Source: Squalus acanthias (lineage: Eukaryota). Taken from it: a stretch of DNA of 64,000 bases. The translations under genes were made by a program, and so were the position numbers. Positions 24,688 through 37,415 of the stretch are shown here, piece by piece (positions within the stretch are counted from its first letter, which is position 1; each line of letters opens with the position of its first letter). Below the pieces are notes generated by a model, which was not told where the DNA came from, searched no databases, and saw nothing but the letters and a program-made list of their open reading frames with translations. The stretch is taken from contig CM059438.1 in assembly GCA_030390025.1 (NCBI GenBank), positions 58,096,001-58,160,000 of the forward strand. Reading direction: 5' to 3'.

Positions 24688-25425
24688 GGAGGCGATTTTG
24701 CCAGCCCAGGGGAGGCGGGTAAGGAGGCGGGACTGCCGGGAAAATGGCAGAATCTGGGGGCAGGTACCCATCCCGCCCCCAACCCGCCTCCGTGCCATCT
24801 TCCCAGGAGGCGGGTACCCGACCTGCGCTGGGAGCCGCCTCCCCGAGGCGGGAAGGGGATTAGTACCAATTAACTACCTGTTAACAGGTAGTTAACAGGC
24901 AGTCTTTTGGAGAATCCCTATTTCCAGCCCTGAAGTGTGGGCTTCCCGATGGCTCCGAACCACGCCAGGGTCAGTGATCTGGCCGTCGGTCTGCGGGGGT
25001 CGGAGGAGCCGAGATGTTGGAGGGGCCGAGATGTCCGGTGTGCAGGTGAGTGATGGGTGCAAGTGTGAAGAGCTAAGTGTGTGAGGTGAGTGTAAAGTGT
25101 TTTAATAAGTTTTACTTACCTTTACTTCTTCCTGCAGGCTTCATCCCTTCAGGTCTCGGGAGTCAGAAATCTCACCGGCACAGAAAGCAGAATGGCCGCT
25201 GAACTGTCAAAAGCTGCAGCCTTCTGCTTTCTGCTCAGGAGAGATCAAGTGAGCCTGAGTGGAAGGACTCAACTTGGAGGACAGATTGTCAGTGTTTGAC
25301 AGCTTCACATAGCCGTCAAACGATGACAATTCATCTGTTAAAAGGTCTTGACAGATGAAACGTCACTCGCTGACGTCACCTGTAGCCGGCTTTCCCTTAA
25401 CTGGCCTGCTAAGCCTGCTGGGCTT
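24688..25425 (-). mobile_element. Harbinger MITE, hairpin-array family, copy B (reverse orientation, one end missing)
   Basis: Begins ggaggcgattttgcc; reverse complement aligns with about 20360-20960. Confidence 0.8.
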
Positions 25426-25890
25426 TGCTGTCCCAGCCTCATTTCTAGCTCTTCCGACATTCTCTTGCTTGTCTTGTGGCAGGAGTGTACTGCAAGGACC
25501 ATGGATTTTCAACTCTCATAACGTATATGGATTTTCAGAAGACGTTTGATAAAATGTCTCACAAGAGGTTTGTTTGAAAAATGTAGCTGTATGGTATAAG
25601 AGGAAATTTAGCAGCATGGATAGAAAGTTGCTTCATTGAGAGGAAGCAAAGAATTATTTTTAAATGGATGTTGCTCGCATTAGACATTTTTCTACATGAA
25701 AGATGTTATATAAATGCAAGTAGTTGTTTTGTTGGAGAAGAGCTGGAAATGGTGTATCCCAGGAGTCAGTACTGAGTCCACTTTTGTTGTTGATGTATGT
25801 AAATGATTTGGACTTGGGCAGAAGCACAATCTCAAAATTTGTTGATGACAGACAAGTAGGAGGTTTGACAAAAAGCACAGAGGATTATAC

Positions 25891-28618
25891 AAGACGTTAT
25901 TTAGGAAGGACAGGAAGCTAGGAAAAGGTGGAGGGTAGCTCTATTAATTAATGATAGTATTAGCACAATAGAGAGGGATGACCGAAGTTCAGGAAACCAG
26001 GATATAGAAGCGGTTTGGGTAGAGATAAGAAATGATAAAGGCAAGAAGTCACTTGTGGGAGTGGTATACAGGCCCCCTAACAGTAACCACACGGTACGAC
26101 GGAGTATAAAGGAAGAAATAATGGGAGCTTGTCAGAAAGGTACGGCAATAATCATGGGGGATTTTAATCTACATATAGACTGGAAAAATCAGATGGGCAA
26201 AGGTAGACTAGATGAGGAGTTCATAGAATGTTTTCGGGATAGTTTCTTAGAACAGCACATTCTGGAGCCAACCAGAGAGCAGGCTATACTAGACCTGGTA
26301 TTGTGCAACAAGATAGGGTTAATTAATGACCTCATAGTGAAGGCACCCCTAGGTAGCAGCGATCATAATATGATTGAATTTTACATTCAGTTTGAAGGAG
26401 AGAAGAGTGGGTCCAAGACTAGTATTTTAAAGTTAAATAAGGGCATTTATGAGGGCATGAAAGCAGAGCTAGCTAAAATGAACTGGCAAATTAGGTTAAG
26501 GGATAGGTCAATAGAGTTGCAGTGGCAGACATTTAAGGGGATATTTCAGAATACACAGAATATATACATTCCAACGAGAAAGAAAAATTCCAAGGGGAGG
26601 ACCCACCATCCGTGGTTAACTAAAAAAGTTAAAGATAGTATCAAACTTAAAGAAAAAGCATATAATTGCGTAAAGATGGGTGGCAGGTCAGAAGATTGGA
26701 CAGAATATAAAAAACAGCAAAGAATGACTCAAAGAATAATGAGAGAAAAATTAGAGTACGAGAGAAAGCTAGCTAGAAATATAAAAACAGATAATAAGAG
26801 TTTTATAGATATTTAAAAAAGAAAAGAGTTAACAAAGTGAGCATTGGTCCTATAGAAAGTGAGTCTGGGGAATTAATAATGGAAAATAAGGAGATGGCAG
26901 TTGAATTGAACAGGTGTTTTGCATCGGTCTTCACTATAGGGGATATAAGTAACATCCCAGAAATAGCTGTAAATCAGGAAATGGAAGGGAGGGAGGAACT
27001 CAAGAAAATTACAATCACCAGGGAAGTGGTACTGAGCAAATTGTTGGAGCTGCGGGCTGACAAGTCTCCGGGTCCTGATGGACTTCATCTTGAAAGAAGT
27101 GGCTAGTGAGATAGTTGATGCGTTGGTTTTAATTTTCCAAAATTCCCTAGATTCGGGGAAGGTTCCATTAGATTGGAAAATAGCGAATGTAACTCCTTTA
27201 TTCAAAAAGGGAGGGAGACAGAAAGCAGGAAACTACAGGCCAGTTAGCTTAACATCTGTCAAAGGGAAGATATTAGAAGCTATTATTAACGATGTTATAG
27301 CAGGGCACTTAGAAAAGTTCAAGGTAATCAGGCAGAGTCAACATAGTTTTGTGAAAGGGAAATCATATTTAACCAATTTATTGGAGTTCTTTGAGGAAGT
27401 AACATGTGCTGTGGATAAAGGGGAACCGGTGAATGTACTGTACTTAGATTTCCAGAAGGCATTTGATAAGGTGCCACATCAAAGGTTATTGTGGAAAATA
27501 AAAGCTCATGGTGTAGGGGGTAACATATTGGCATGGATAGAAGATTGGCTAGCTAACAGGAAACAGAGAGTAGGCATAAATGGGTCATTTTCTGGTTGGC
27601 AAGATGTAATGAGTGGTGTGCTACAGGGATCAGTGCTGGGGCCTCAACTTTTTACAATTTATTTAAATGACTTGGATGAAGGGACCGAAGGTATGGTTGC
27701 TAAATTTGCTGATGACACAAAGATAGGAAGGAAAGCAAATTATGAAGAGGACATAAGGAGGCTACAAAGGGATATAGATAGGTTAAGTGAGTGGGCAAAG
27801 ATCTGGCAAATGGAGTATAATGTGGGAAAATGTGAAATTGTCCATTTTGTCAGGAAGAATAAAAAAGAAGCATATTATCGAAATGGTGAGAGATTGCAGA
27901 GCTCTGAGATGCAGAGGGATCTGGGTGTCCTAGTGCATGAATCGCAAAAGGTTAGTATGCAGGTACAGCAAGTAATTAGGAAAGCTAATAGAATGTTATC
28001 GTTTATTGCGAGGGGAATTGAATACAAAAGTAGAGAGGTTATGCTTCAGTTATACAGGGCATTGGTGAGACCACATCTGGAGTACTGTGTACAGTATTGG
28101 TCTCCTTATTTAAAGAAGGATGTAAATGCGTTGGAAGCAGTTCAGAGAAGGTTTACTAGACTAATACCTGGAATGGGCGGGTTGTCTTATGAGGAAAGGT
28201 TGGACAGGCTAGGCTTGTATCCGCTGGAGTTTAGAAGAGTAAGAGGTGACTTGATTGAAACATATAAGATCCTGAGGGGTCTTGACAGGGTGGATGTGGA
28301 GAGCATGTTTCCTCTTGTGGGAGAATCTAGAACTAGGGGTCACTGTTTAAAAATAAGGGGTCGCCCATTTAAGACAGAGATGAGGAGAAATTTTTTCTCA
28401 CAGAGGGTCGTGAGTCTTTGGAACTCTCTTCCTCAGAGGGCGGTGGAAGCAGAGTCTTTGAATATTTTTAAGGCAGAGGTAGATAGATTCTTGATAAGCA
28501 AGGGGGTGAAAGGTTATCGGGGGTAGGCGGGAATGTGGAGTAATCAGATCAGCCATGATCTTATTGAATGGCTTGAGGGGCCGAGTGGCCTACTCCTGCT
28601 CCTAATTCGTACGTTCGT
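25891..28618 (+). mobile_element. Young CR1, 5'-truncated in the endonuclease domain
   Basis: ORFs 26055-26816, 26837-27106, 27078-28526; 3'UTR gccgagtggcctactcctgctcc. Confidence 0.93.
27078..28526 (+). pseudogene. CR1 ORF2 RT domain, 482 aa uninterrupted piece
   Basis: [38 protein letters not shown]. Confidence 0.85.
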
Positions 28619-29112
28619 CATGAAGACAGGTTATCGGAATGGACAAACATGTAGAAAATGGAGTTTAATGTAAAGAAGTAATGATAAATTCTTACATAGC
28701 ATTATTTAGGTACTTTCAGAGTACTGTGTGGATTTTTGGGCGCTCCATATAGACAGGACATTAATGCCGTAGAGATCGTACAGCAGAAATTCAGCAAGTT
28801 GACGCCAGGGATGGGAAGCTATATTTATGCAAGAAAAGACTTGAGATATTTAGTTCAATTCCTGTGGAGTAGACATAGCCAAGAGGAGATTTAACTGAAG
28901 TTTTTTAAAGTATGAAGGCGTTTACTATGTTAAAGGTGCTATATAAATGCAAGTTGTTGTTGTTTGATAGAGAGAATGGGGAAACACCATTTCCTCTGGT
29001 TGGGGAATCAGTGACAAGGGTCATCAATTTAAAAATGTCACTAACAGAGTGAGGAGAGAGGTTAGGAGACATTTCTTTACACAGAGGGCTGTTGAAGCAT
29101 GTAATGTTCTAT

Positions 29113-29250
29113 AGGGATCAAGGGATATGGGGAGAAAGCAGGGACAGGGTACTGAATTTGGATGATCAGCCATGATCTCATTAAATGGCGGAGCAGGCTC
29201 GAGGGGTCGAATTGCCTACTCCTGCTCCTATCTTCTATGCTTCTATGCTT
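29113..29250 (+). mobile_element. Very short CR1 3'UTR insertion, same subfamily as 863-3490
   Basis: Near-identical to the reverse complement of about 880-1005; ttctatgc tail. Confidence 0.85.
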
Positions 29251-30364
29251 TGCTACAGGAAGTGGTTGAAACAGAGACGATTTCATCTTTTAAGGGAAAA
29301 TTGGATAAATATTTGAAGCAGAGAAAGATACAATAGTATGAAGACAGCGGAGCAGGGGAATTAATTTTGCATTTTGCTAGCAAAGAGCAAGTTGGCTGGG
29401 AGGGGAGAATGGTTCCTCACTCTGAGAGGTCAATTCTTCATATGTCTCTCTTCCTGCCATATTCCAGCTGCTGGCTGCTCCTTGTGGATGACCAGGGATC
29501 TGGGTGGTGACAGACCCTTGTTCACCACTGAAGGGTGTGAAGCTGCCATCAAGGTCCTCTCAAGCCGATCCCCCAGCTATCAGAAGTGAGAGCCCAAGTT
29601 GAAGTCAGTAAAACTCCAATTTTTCAATTGGATTATTGTAAAAATCTAACTGGCTCACTAATGTCCTCAGGGAAGGGAACCTGCCACCTCTACCTGTCCT
29701 GACCTTTAATGACCCCAGTCCCACACTGCACGATTGACTGTCTCTGAAGAAAATCCCCACCTTCTCAGTGCAACTATGGATGAGCAATAAATTTGGACCT
29801 GCCTCCCAAGGGGAAAAATTACCAAAAAAATCATCAAAGCAAGTATTTCTCGTTTGGGACCCTCCATGTGCTAGCGATTTAAAAGCGCTTAACCCTGGCA
29901 TTGCTCTCCCTTGTGCAATTGCAGCAAGTTAAATAACTGCTTAAGGTGATTAATTGTTTAATTTGTGTCAGCACTCCATTGATCAACCTGCAATATCAAG
30001 GTTTAATGGGAAGCTGAGCAATCTGCTGAAAATGTCAGTAGTGCATCGTCAACCTGAGTAGTCCAGCAAAAGCAGTTTCCAGGCTTATGTATCAGTGCAC
30101 CTGGGGAGAAGGTAATCACCCAATGACCTTGATGTAATTTTTCACAAAAGATCCTGTGGAGCTTAGGTGATTTTCTTTTCCTTGTGGGAGGGAGGGAGTT
30201 CATGATTATACATGGAGATTCAACTTAACAAAAAGCTTAAGAAAGCGTATGCCTAAAGTAAATAATGTGCCATTTAATTGAACAGTCAGGTAATCAATTT
30301 TATCCCTTGATTTTACAGATAACATTTCAGAATGGTTTAGAACTGTTTACTTTATTCCTTTTAG

Positions 30365-30586
30365 ATATGGACTGGTTTCAGAAACAGGAGAGGATGGGAC
30401 TAATTTACAGACCTCCATATGAATATGATTCAAAAACGACTCTGGCCGCAGCCAAAATCACCTGCTTGCAGCAAGGAACTGATTGTACAGGAGTGCTGGA
30501 GACTAGAATCCCAAACACTTTTTATCTTCTTGATTCTTCAGCCATAATTATCTTCAACCCCCGTGACATTATCTACGTCCCGTCAG
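30365..30586 (+). CDS. Host gene coding exon B (YMDWFQKQERMGL...AKITCLQQGTDCTGVLE...DIIYVPS)
   Basis: ttccttttag acceptor, CAG/gtaagg donor, 222 nt, phase 1-1, open frame in non-repeat DNA. Confidence 0.85.
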
Positions 30587-30671
30587 GTAAGGCCAGATGT
30601 TTCATACCTGAATTCTCCTTAAGTTCAAGTTAACCAGCACCTAAGAGTGCACAGAGGCATTTTTTTTATTT

Positions 30672-31295
30672 GGGCCTGATTTTAACTGGGGGCTAGTTTT
30701 CAGCGGGTGAGTTTTGATGGTAGTTCACAACTTCTGGTTGCAGCAAAAATGAGGCCCAGTGTGTTTTAACACCCAGGCTTCATTTAAAAGCTGCCTGCCG
30801 GCTTTCCACCCATTCGATACAGGAAGTGGCGCAAATTCATACAGCCCAAAGGCCACCCACCAAGAGCAGGTAAGTCCGTGGGATCGGCCATCTCACGGGG
30901 TTTCCACGATCAGGACAGGTGCACAATTACGGCAGGGGAGGCCTAAGATTTCCTTGTGGAACTTGGAGGATCACTCCTGCTCCTCCTGGCCCCACAAGGA
31001 AATAAAAAAAATTAAACTTACCCTCTGGCCCTGATCTGGTTCCTTGCTGGGTAGGCCTGGCAGAAAGGCACTGCCGACTAGTAAAAATTGCAGTCAGGTC
31101 CCGACGATATCATAGAGACCCAACATGCATATACTTAAAAGGACCCCGCAGACTTTCAGCATGTGTCCTTGCTGCCTGCGATGAAAGCCCTGGCAGGTCA
31201 GTTCCCATCGACTGCAGGGTGAGTAACTGACCTAGGGGATGTTATCTGGCCACCTGCACAGTTTCCGCTGGATGGATAAGGTTAAAATCAGCCCC
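30672..31295. mobile_element. Harbinger-type MITE
   Basis: TIRs gggcctgattttaac / gttaaaatcagcccc. Confidence 0.7.
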
Positions 31296-33614
31296 AAGTG
31301 CTTTTAACCAAATTTTTCTTCTTTTGCAATAGTTTTCCTTGTTTTCAGTTCTAATTACCTGAAAGTAAGATATTCCACTCCAACCACAAACAGACCCTCC
31401 CACCCAGACAATGTGCAATATTCCAGTGATCTGATTTGAGATGTTTCGTAATTGGTGTTGCCGCTCCTGATGATCAAATGTAGCTATCAAACTCAATGTA
31501 CATAATATCACCTTCAGGAAATAAACTCAATAAACTTATAAAAGTCAGTCTCCTGTGGCGATGCACATGGGTACTCAAGACCAAGCGTTCCTGGGATGTC
31601 CATGGGAGTTCACCCATTCCCCCGCTGAAACTTCGGCAGAACCCCGGTGAAATGACATAAACAGCTGAAAACAGCCATTTGTACTATTTCTCCATGGTTT
31701 CTGCTGATCTTCCACGGAAGTTACTGCAGGACATTGGGAGATCAATGCAGAAATTTTCCCCAGAAATCGTCAAGTGAAGCAGGGTTAGGGGGTAGGGGAT
31801 TATTGGACCAGGATGTGTAGACTTAATTCAGTCCCCTTTTTAAAGTCATATATTCTGACCTTATATATTTATATATTGCCATTATAAACTCCTATGTTCA
31901 CATTTATAATGGAAGCTGCCTATGTAAATTGATCACACTGTGGCGGATCGCCACCTAAAACGGGCATAATCCACTCTTCCGTCTGTGGACAAATTTCCAG
32001 CACCTTCCCTTTAAGGCACCTTACCTTTAAGACAGGAGGGGGCGGGGCCTCAGGTTTTACCCAGAGAATTCTGGGAGCTTTTCAGTCTGCCATTTTGTGC
32101 CATGCTGTGATTAAAAAGTCTCTTGTTTAACACAAATGGATTCAGCCTTAATTCGTGTTTCGCGGCAGCCTCAACAACACTGTAATTACACCCATCCACC
32201 AGTATATTCTTCTGGCTCTTGCTGCACATCAAGCATCAGGTTGGTAACGCTTTGTTTAAAAACCTTACCTATGTTATTCCGGTTCTTGTGATCTAGGATT
32301 CAGACTTGTTCAGTCCTTTCCTTACAGTGCAGGATGCAAGGATTGTAGGAGGTCCATATGAAGTGGACTACTGTGCACATGGATGTTCTTTGTTCAAAAG
32401 GGTCTGCATAGACACCTGCTTCCTCTGGCATGTCAAAAGCTGCTACCAAATGGACCTTCTCTCAGCACCTCCTAGTCCCTTTGAAGCCATGGCTGATGAA
32501 ATTCCCTCATTATCAGTTGCTGTTACCTTCACCATCTGAACCTTTCGCTATATCACTAACTGTGAAATGGATGATACAGACGAATTGCTCTGCGGCTACC
32601 ATTTGTGTAGTGCAGGAGACCGCTTATGCTACCAGCAACTATATTTGGTGATCATTCATCTGTGAATAGAGGACGTGATAATAAAAGTAATTGTGAGCAA
32701 GTTAATATTATTGGACATTTATGACAGTACATGCTGCATGAATAGCATTGCAGATGCATACGCATACACGTGTGTGGTCAAGGATGACTTGTCTCAGGGC
32801 AATCTATTCCCAGAAGGGTCTCACATTTGATCAACTCTACTAAATGGGACTTAGAGAGCAGCATGGTCTTTTCAGAAACCTCTGCATCCAGTGCCACCAG
32901 TTGTCAGGCAGGATCATCTGTTCCCATTCCATTCAATTTTGTGCAGATCTGGGGTGAGCAGAGAGTTATTCACCAACTCCCCACTAGTTACCCCCACTTC
33001 TGGTATTTCCTGCCAAAACTAACAGTGGTCATTAAATACACCTATCCAAATATGGGCTGGTGTATTGAAAGTGGACATTTATGACATGACAGCATCATAC
33101 ATCATATTTCCCGCTATTACTGCCATAGCAATGCAGGATGCAAGGATTGTAAGACGCTTAATTGTATTCCAGAATTCTGCAATATTTAAAATTTTAAAAG
33201 AACTTTTGGACTCCTCTTCAGCTGTCCCACCTTCCTGCTGTAGGCATCTTAAGTCCTGCAGCAGCCATTTGCCCTCTCCCCTTCCTCAATACACACAGGT
33301 AGGCTCCCTGAGTAGGTGGGAATCCCACTGGAAGCCTGCCAAAAATATTTCAATTAGCGTGACCCTGGGAAATTTGCCAAGGTCAGCAGCAGCCAAGTTG
33401 GGCAGTTGCATACCCTGTCACACCAACTGTCCACTGAAATTCCACCAAAATGGAAAATCCTATCTGCTCTCCACAACAGAATGAAACTCTGAAGTTGCTA
33501 CATACACAAATTAAAACACTTGAACATTGATAATCAAGATTACCCATATATTTGTCATTAACATTACATCAAAGTGGGTAAGTATATTTCCTCATGATGA
33601 ACATAGGAATTTTA

Positions 33615-34002
33615 TATGGAAGAACATGTAGAATATATTGAGTATAGAAGAATAAGGGGTGATATAATTGAGCTGTTTAAGATGATTAAAGGATTAAAGG
33701 ATTTGAGTCCAGAATAAGAGGGCATAAACTTAAAATTAGAGCTAGGCCATTCAGGGGTGATGTCAGAAAGCACTTCTTCACACAAAGGGTAGCGGAAATC
33801 TGGAACAATCACCCCCAAGAAGCAGTTGAGGCTGGGGGTCAATAGAAAATGTTAAAACTGAGATGGATAAGTTTTCGTTAGGCAAGGGTATTAAGGTTTA
33901 CGGAACCAAGGCGGGTAAATGGAGTCAAGATACAGATCAGCTATGTTCTCATTGAATGATGGCACAGGCTCGAGGGGCTGAATGACCTACTCCTGTTCCT
34001 GT
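33615..34002 (+). mobile_element. CR1 3' end fragment
   Basis: RRIRGDIIE, FFTQRV-like coding end and CR1 3'UTR motif. Confidence 0.8.
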
Positions 34003-35520
34003 GTAGCATTATTTCTAATTTACATTTTTTTTATTAATGCTAAAAAAAAAGCAGAAAATGTACCTGCTAGAAAGAGAAGAAAGACAGAGGAGGGAAAGTC
34101 GAGGAAAACAATGGGATAGATTTTCAGTTTTACCGCCTGGACGTAAAATATGGCCTGGATGGAGTGCATAGAGGAAAATTGGGTGTGGGGGATCGCATGC
34201 CTGTTACAGAACACGCACAATTTTACTTAGGTTAATTAAATGGAAGAAAAATCAGGCGAGTTCTGTTAGGGGCATGCAATCCTCCCCACCAAATTTTCCT
34301 CTCTGCGATACGCCCAGGCAATGCTTAGTGCCAAGGCAGTAAAGACAAAAACTTCCCCCTATATATTAATGCAATTTTCATACTAAACTGAAGAACGCAA
34401 AGTTAGCTCTGTCTTCATTGCCGTGCAAGAAGGAGTCACGTATTTCTGTAATATTGTAATGTGCGAAAAGGCAGAATTCCGTGCACATATACTCCCACAT
34501 GCTCAACATTTTCTCACTGCAAATAAGCTTCTTCCCAAACCTAACCAGGAGACTGAACTCACTTAGAACAATAACTGAAGAAAATCTTTCTCTTAAAACA
34601 TCAGCGGTAGCAGTAATAGGATAGCCAGCTAGGATTAAAGCATAGAAAGGCTATCTCTGTAGCCCATGCGATTGGTGCAATTTGCTGCTTTTAATTATGT
34701 TTATGTTGTTGGCATGAGATGATGTCTCAGGCATTCGCCAAATCAGGGCAAATATTGACAGCTCTGTAATTGACTTCAATTTTTAGAAAGGTTTCCTGGT
34801 CACCAGATTGTCTAAGGCTAAAATAATTTTAACATCCTTCCACCCTCGAGTCAGAACAAGAGTTGATTGTGAGCTCGAAGCATTTGCAAGACTCCATAAC
34901 TGGACAGTAGCACATTTTCCCAGGGGTGTGAGACTATCAGACCCCAGGCCACTCATAATCATGGACTCTGTTGCAATCAATGAAACATGCATCCCTGCTT
35001 CATCAGTGATGTTACCAGAATACTTTAATGGCTAGAAATCCCAACATAACAGGCTTCTGCTGAGTTTTAAAATTTTACATTTTTTTTAAAGTGAAGCCAT
35101 ATTTTTATATATATATATATATTTCAATAGACAGTGGAGTATTCTGAGTAAAAAGTCCTATCCCCAAGTCTTTCCTTTCCCTTTAAGTGATGAAACAGAT
35201 GCCAAGAAATGCAGATATTATGCAGGAGCTAGGAATCTTCAATTGTAGCATTTACTCATGAGCTTACTATAATATCAGTGTATCAACTCAGGTGCCCTTA
35301 GTAAGTAAGGAAAATGGATTGACCAGAAGGATAAAAAATAACTGAGAAATATTCAATGCAATTCAACTAGAGTAAAGACCTCACTGCAATGGTTTAGTTC
35401 ATTAAACTGATGCTATGGGATTTGTAGAAAAGCTGATAACTTTCTTTCTTAGAGCAATCTTTTTCTATTCCTAGTCTGCACTTTAGTTGATTTTGTTTTT
35501 CAATACCAATTTCTTGGCAG

Positions 35521-35610
35521 TGTGTGTTTCAGGATTTCCCGGACCAAACTGTGGCATGGAGGATCAAAAGTGTGATTGCACTGGTATTTTACGGACTTCG
35601 TTTTTGGAAG
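35521..35610 (+). CDS. Host gene coding exon C (VCVSGFPGPNCGMEDQKCDCTGILRTSFLE)
   Basis: tttcttggcag acceptor, AAG/gtatga donor, 90 nt, phase 1-1; CxxGFxGxxC EGF-like motif. Confidence 0.82.
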
Positions 35611-36384
35611 GTATGATTGCTAACCTCCTTGTTCTGGTTAAACAAACACTGCAGTCCAAATAGTTAGTGAGAATTTGCCTAAACTGCATCTATGTACAGG
35701 CAAGAAGAGGATTATAGAATTAATTCATAAATGTGTAAACCTTTTATTTTCTTAAAGGTGTTAGTGCATTACTGTTGTATATAATCCAACCTTGGGCAGT
35801 AGCCTGCACGTGCTATACATATGTCTCTGTGAGGACTGCCGGACCATTTTTTTCTATGTTAAAGTGCGATATTTAAATACAAGCTGTTGTTGTCAGGCCA
35901 CGTACCACTCAGAAGAAAATATATAATTAAAAAATATATATTGACATACTGACAAATGTTAGTGTTGCATGAGAAAGTCATAAAGAGAGGAACGCAGGAT
36001 TACCTGAAAGAAATTGGCCCAAATCTCCTCACGAGTTTCACCAAACTCCAACTGTCCAGTGGGAAGTCCTGGAAAGAAACAGGGATCTGTATAAGCTGGG
36101 TCACTGTGGATTCTGGAAATTTTAGTCAGCCTTGTAAGGGTGGAACCTCCATTTACCCCTTACTAGGCCAGTGACCGCAAGGAGGCAGGAATACGAGGGC
36201 AGGGACTCTCTACACTATGGAGTTTGCACTTTTCCAGCCCAAAAGGGACCCACCATAAGGTTGGAGGTTGGTATGAGAGATGAGGTGTACTGGCCTTCAG
36301 AAGGGCACAACCAAGCTAAATGACCTAAATGGTTTAACGTCTCATTAAAAAAGGAAACTGTGCTCTTTAGAAGCAATTTCTAAA

Positions 36385-36550
36385 TGCTTTCAAAAGGGAA
36401 TTGGATAAGTACCTGAAGGAAAAAAAATTGCAGGGCTACGAGGAAAGGGTAGGGGAGTGGGACTAGCTGAAGTGCTCTTGCAGAGAGCCAACACAGGCTC
36501 AATGGGCCAAAAGGCCTTCTTCTGTGCTGTAACCATTCTATGATTCTATG
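36385..36550 (+). mobile_element. CR1 3' end with (ATTCTATG)n tail
   Basis: Matches about 23325-23490; the tail resumes at 40169 after the nested Harbinger. Confidence 0.85.
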
Positions 36551-36719
36551 GGCACGATTTTCCCAATGGAGGCTGTAAAATTCGCAATTATCGCGATTCG
36601 AAATAACGAGATAAAGCAGATTCGTTTCATCAGTTTTATTTCAACGAAATGCTGTCATGATTAAACAGAAATGAGAAGTCGCACAACACCAGGTTATAGT
36701 CCAACAGATTTATTTAATT

Positions 36720-36757
36720 TTACAAGCTTTCGGAGCTGTCGCTCCTTCCTCAGGTAA
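36720..36757 (-). ncRNA. Minimal hammerhead ribozyme (inverted arm)
   Basis: Minus strand TTAC-CTGAGGA-A-GGAGC gaca GCTCC-GAAA-GC-TT-GTAA. Confidence 0.78.
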
Positions 36758-37377
36758 GTTAGCAGTGAGAGAATCTCCCAGAATTCACAATTTAAACACA
36801 GACAAAATCTATTCAAATATTTCCCTACATCAAAGACACACTAAGAGCACAGCCAAGACAATGAGATGTGTCCCAGGGGGTCCAACGTGTCAAACCACCT
36901 GCTGGCTGCATATCCACCGGACACCGCGCAACAATCGCCAGGCAGGAGGGTTGCCTCCCAGTCGGGGAACACTTCAGCAGCCAGGGGCATTCAGCCTCGG
37001 ATCTGCGGGTAAGCGTCCTCCAAGGTGGCCTTCGGGATACACGACAGCGCAAAATCATAGAGCAGAAACTGATAGCCAAGTTCCGCACTCATGAGGATGG
37101 CCTCAATCGCGATATCGGGTTCATGTCACGATACAGAACGTGACTTGACATCATGGCCGGTCTTCCCAGGTGTTTTTTTTAAAAAAAAGACTAACACGAG
37201 AAACCAACACAAATTGACAGGATATGCAGCCAGCAGGTGGTTTGACACGTTGGACCCCCTGGGACACATCTCATTGTCTTGGCTGTGCTCTTAGTGTGTC
37301 TTTGATGTAGGGAAATATTTGAATAGATTTTGTCTGTGTTTAAATTGTGAATTCTGGGAGATTCTCTCACTGCTAAC

Positions 37378-37415
37378 TTACCTGAGGAAGGAGCGACAGC
37401 TCCGAAATCTTGTAA
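37378..37415 (+). ncRNA. Minimal hammerhead ribozyme with mutated stem III palindrome
   Basis: TTAC-CTGAGGA-A-GGAGC gaca GCTCC-GAAA-TC-TT-GTAA. Confidence 0.7.

Larger units (their letters stand above)
24030..29350 (+). mobile_element. Old, highly decayed CR1 split by a MITE and younger CR1 copies
   Basis: EILNKYFA, NYRLVTL, KFVDD, later RGDL and FFTQR-like remnants flanking the younger inserts. Confidence 0.65.

Noticed and set aside
32306..32539. Cys-containing ORF with a good acceptor at 32327 as an extra host exon
   Set aside because: No convincing donor before the stop, its first ~20 nt recur at about 33132, and exons B and C join well without it; not fully excluded
35533..35610. Alternative acceptor for exon C at 35532
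   Set aside because: In frame, but the upstream AG at 35520 has the better pyrimidine tract and restores the Cys of CxxGFxGxxC
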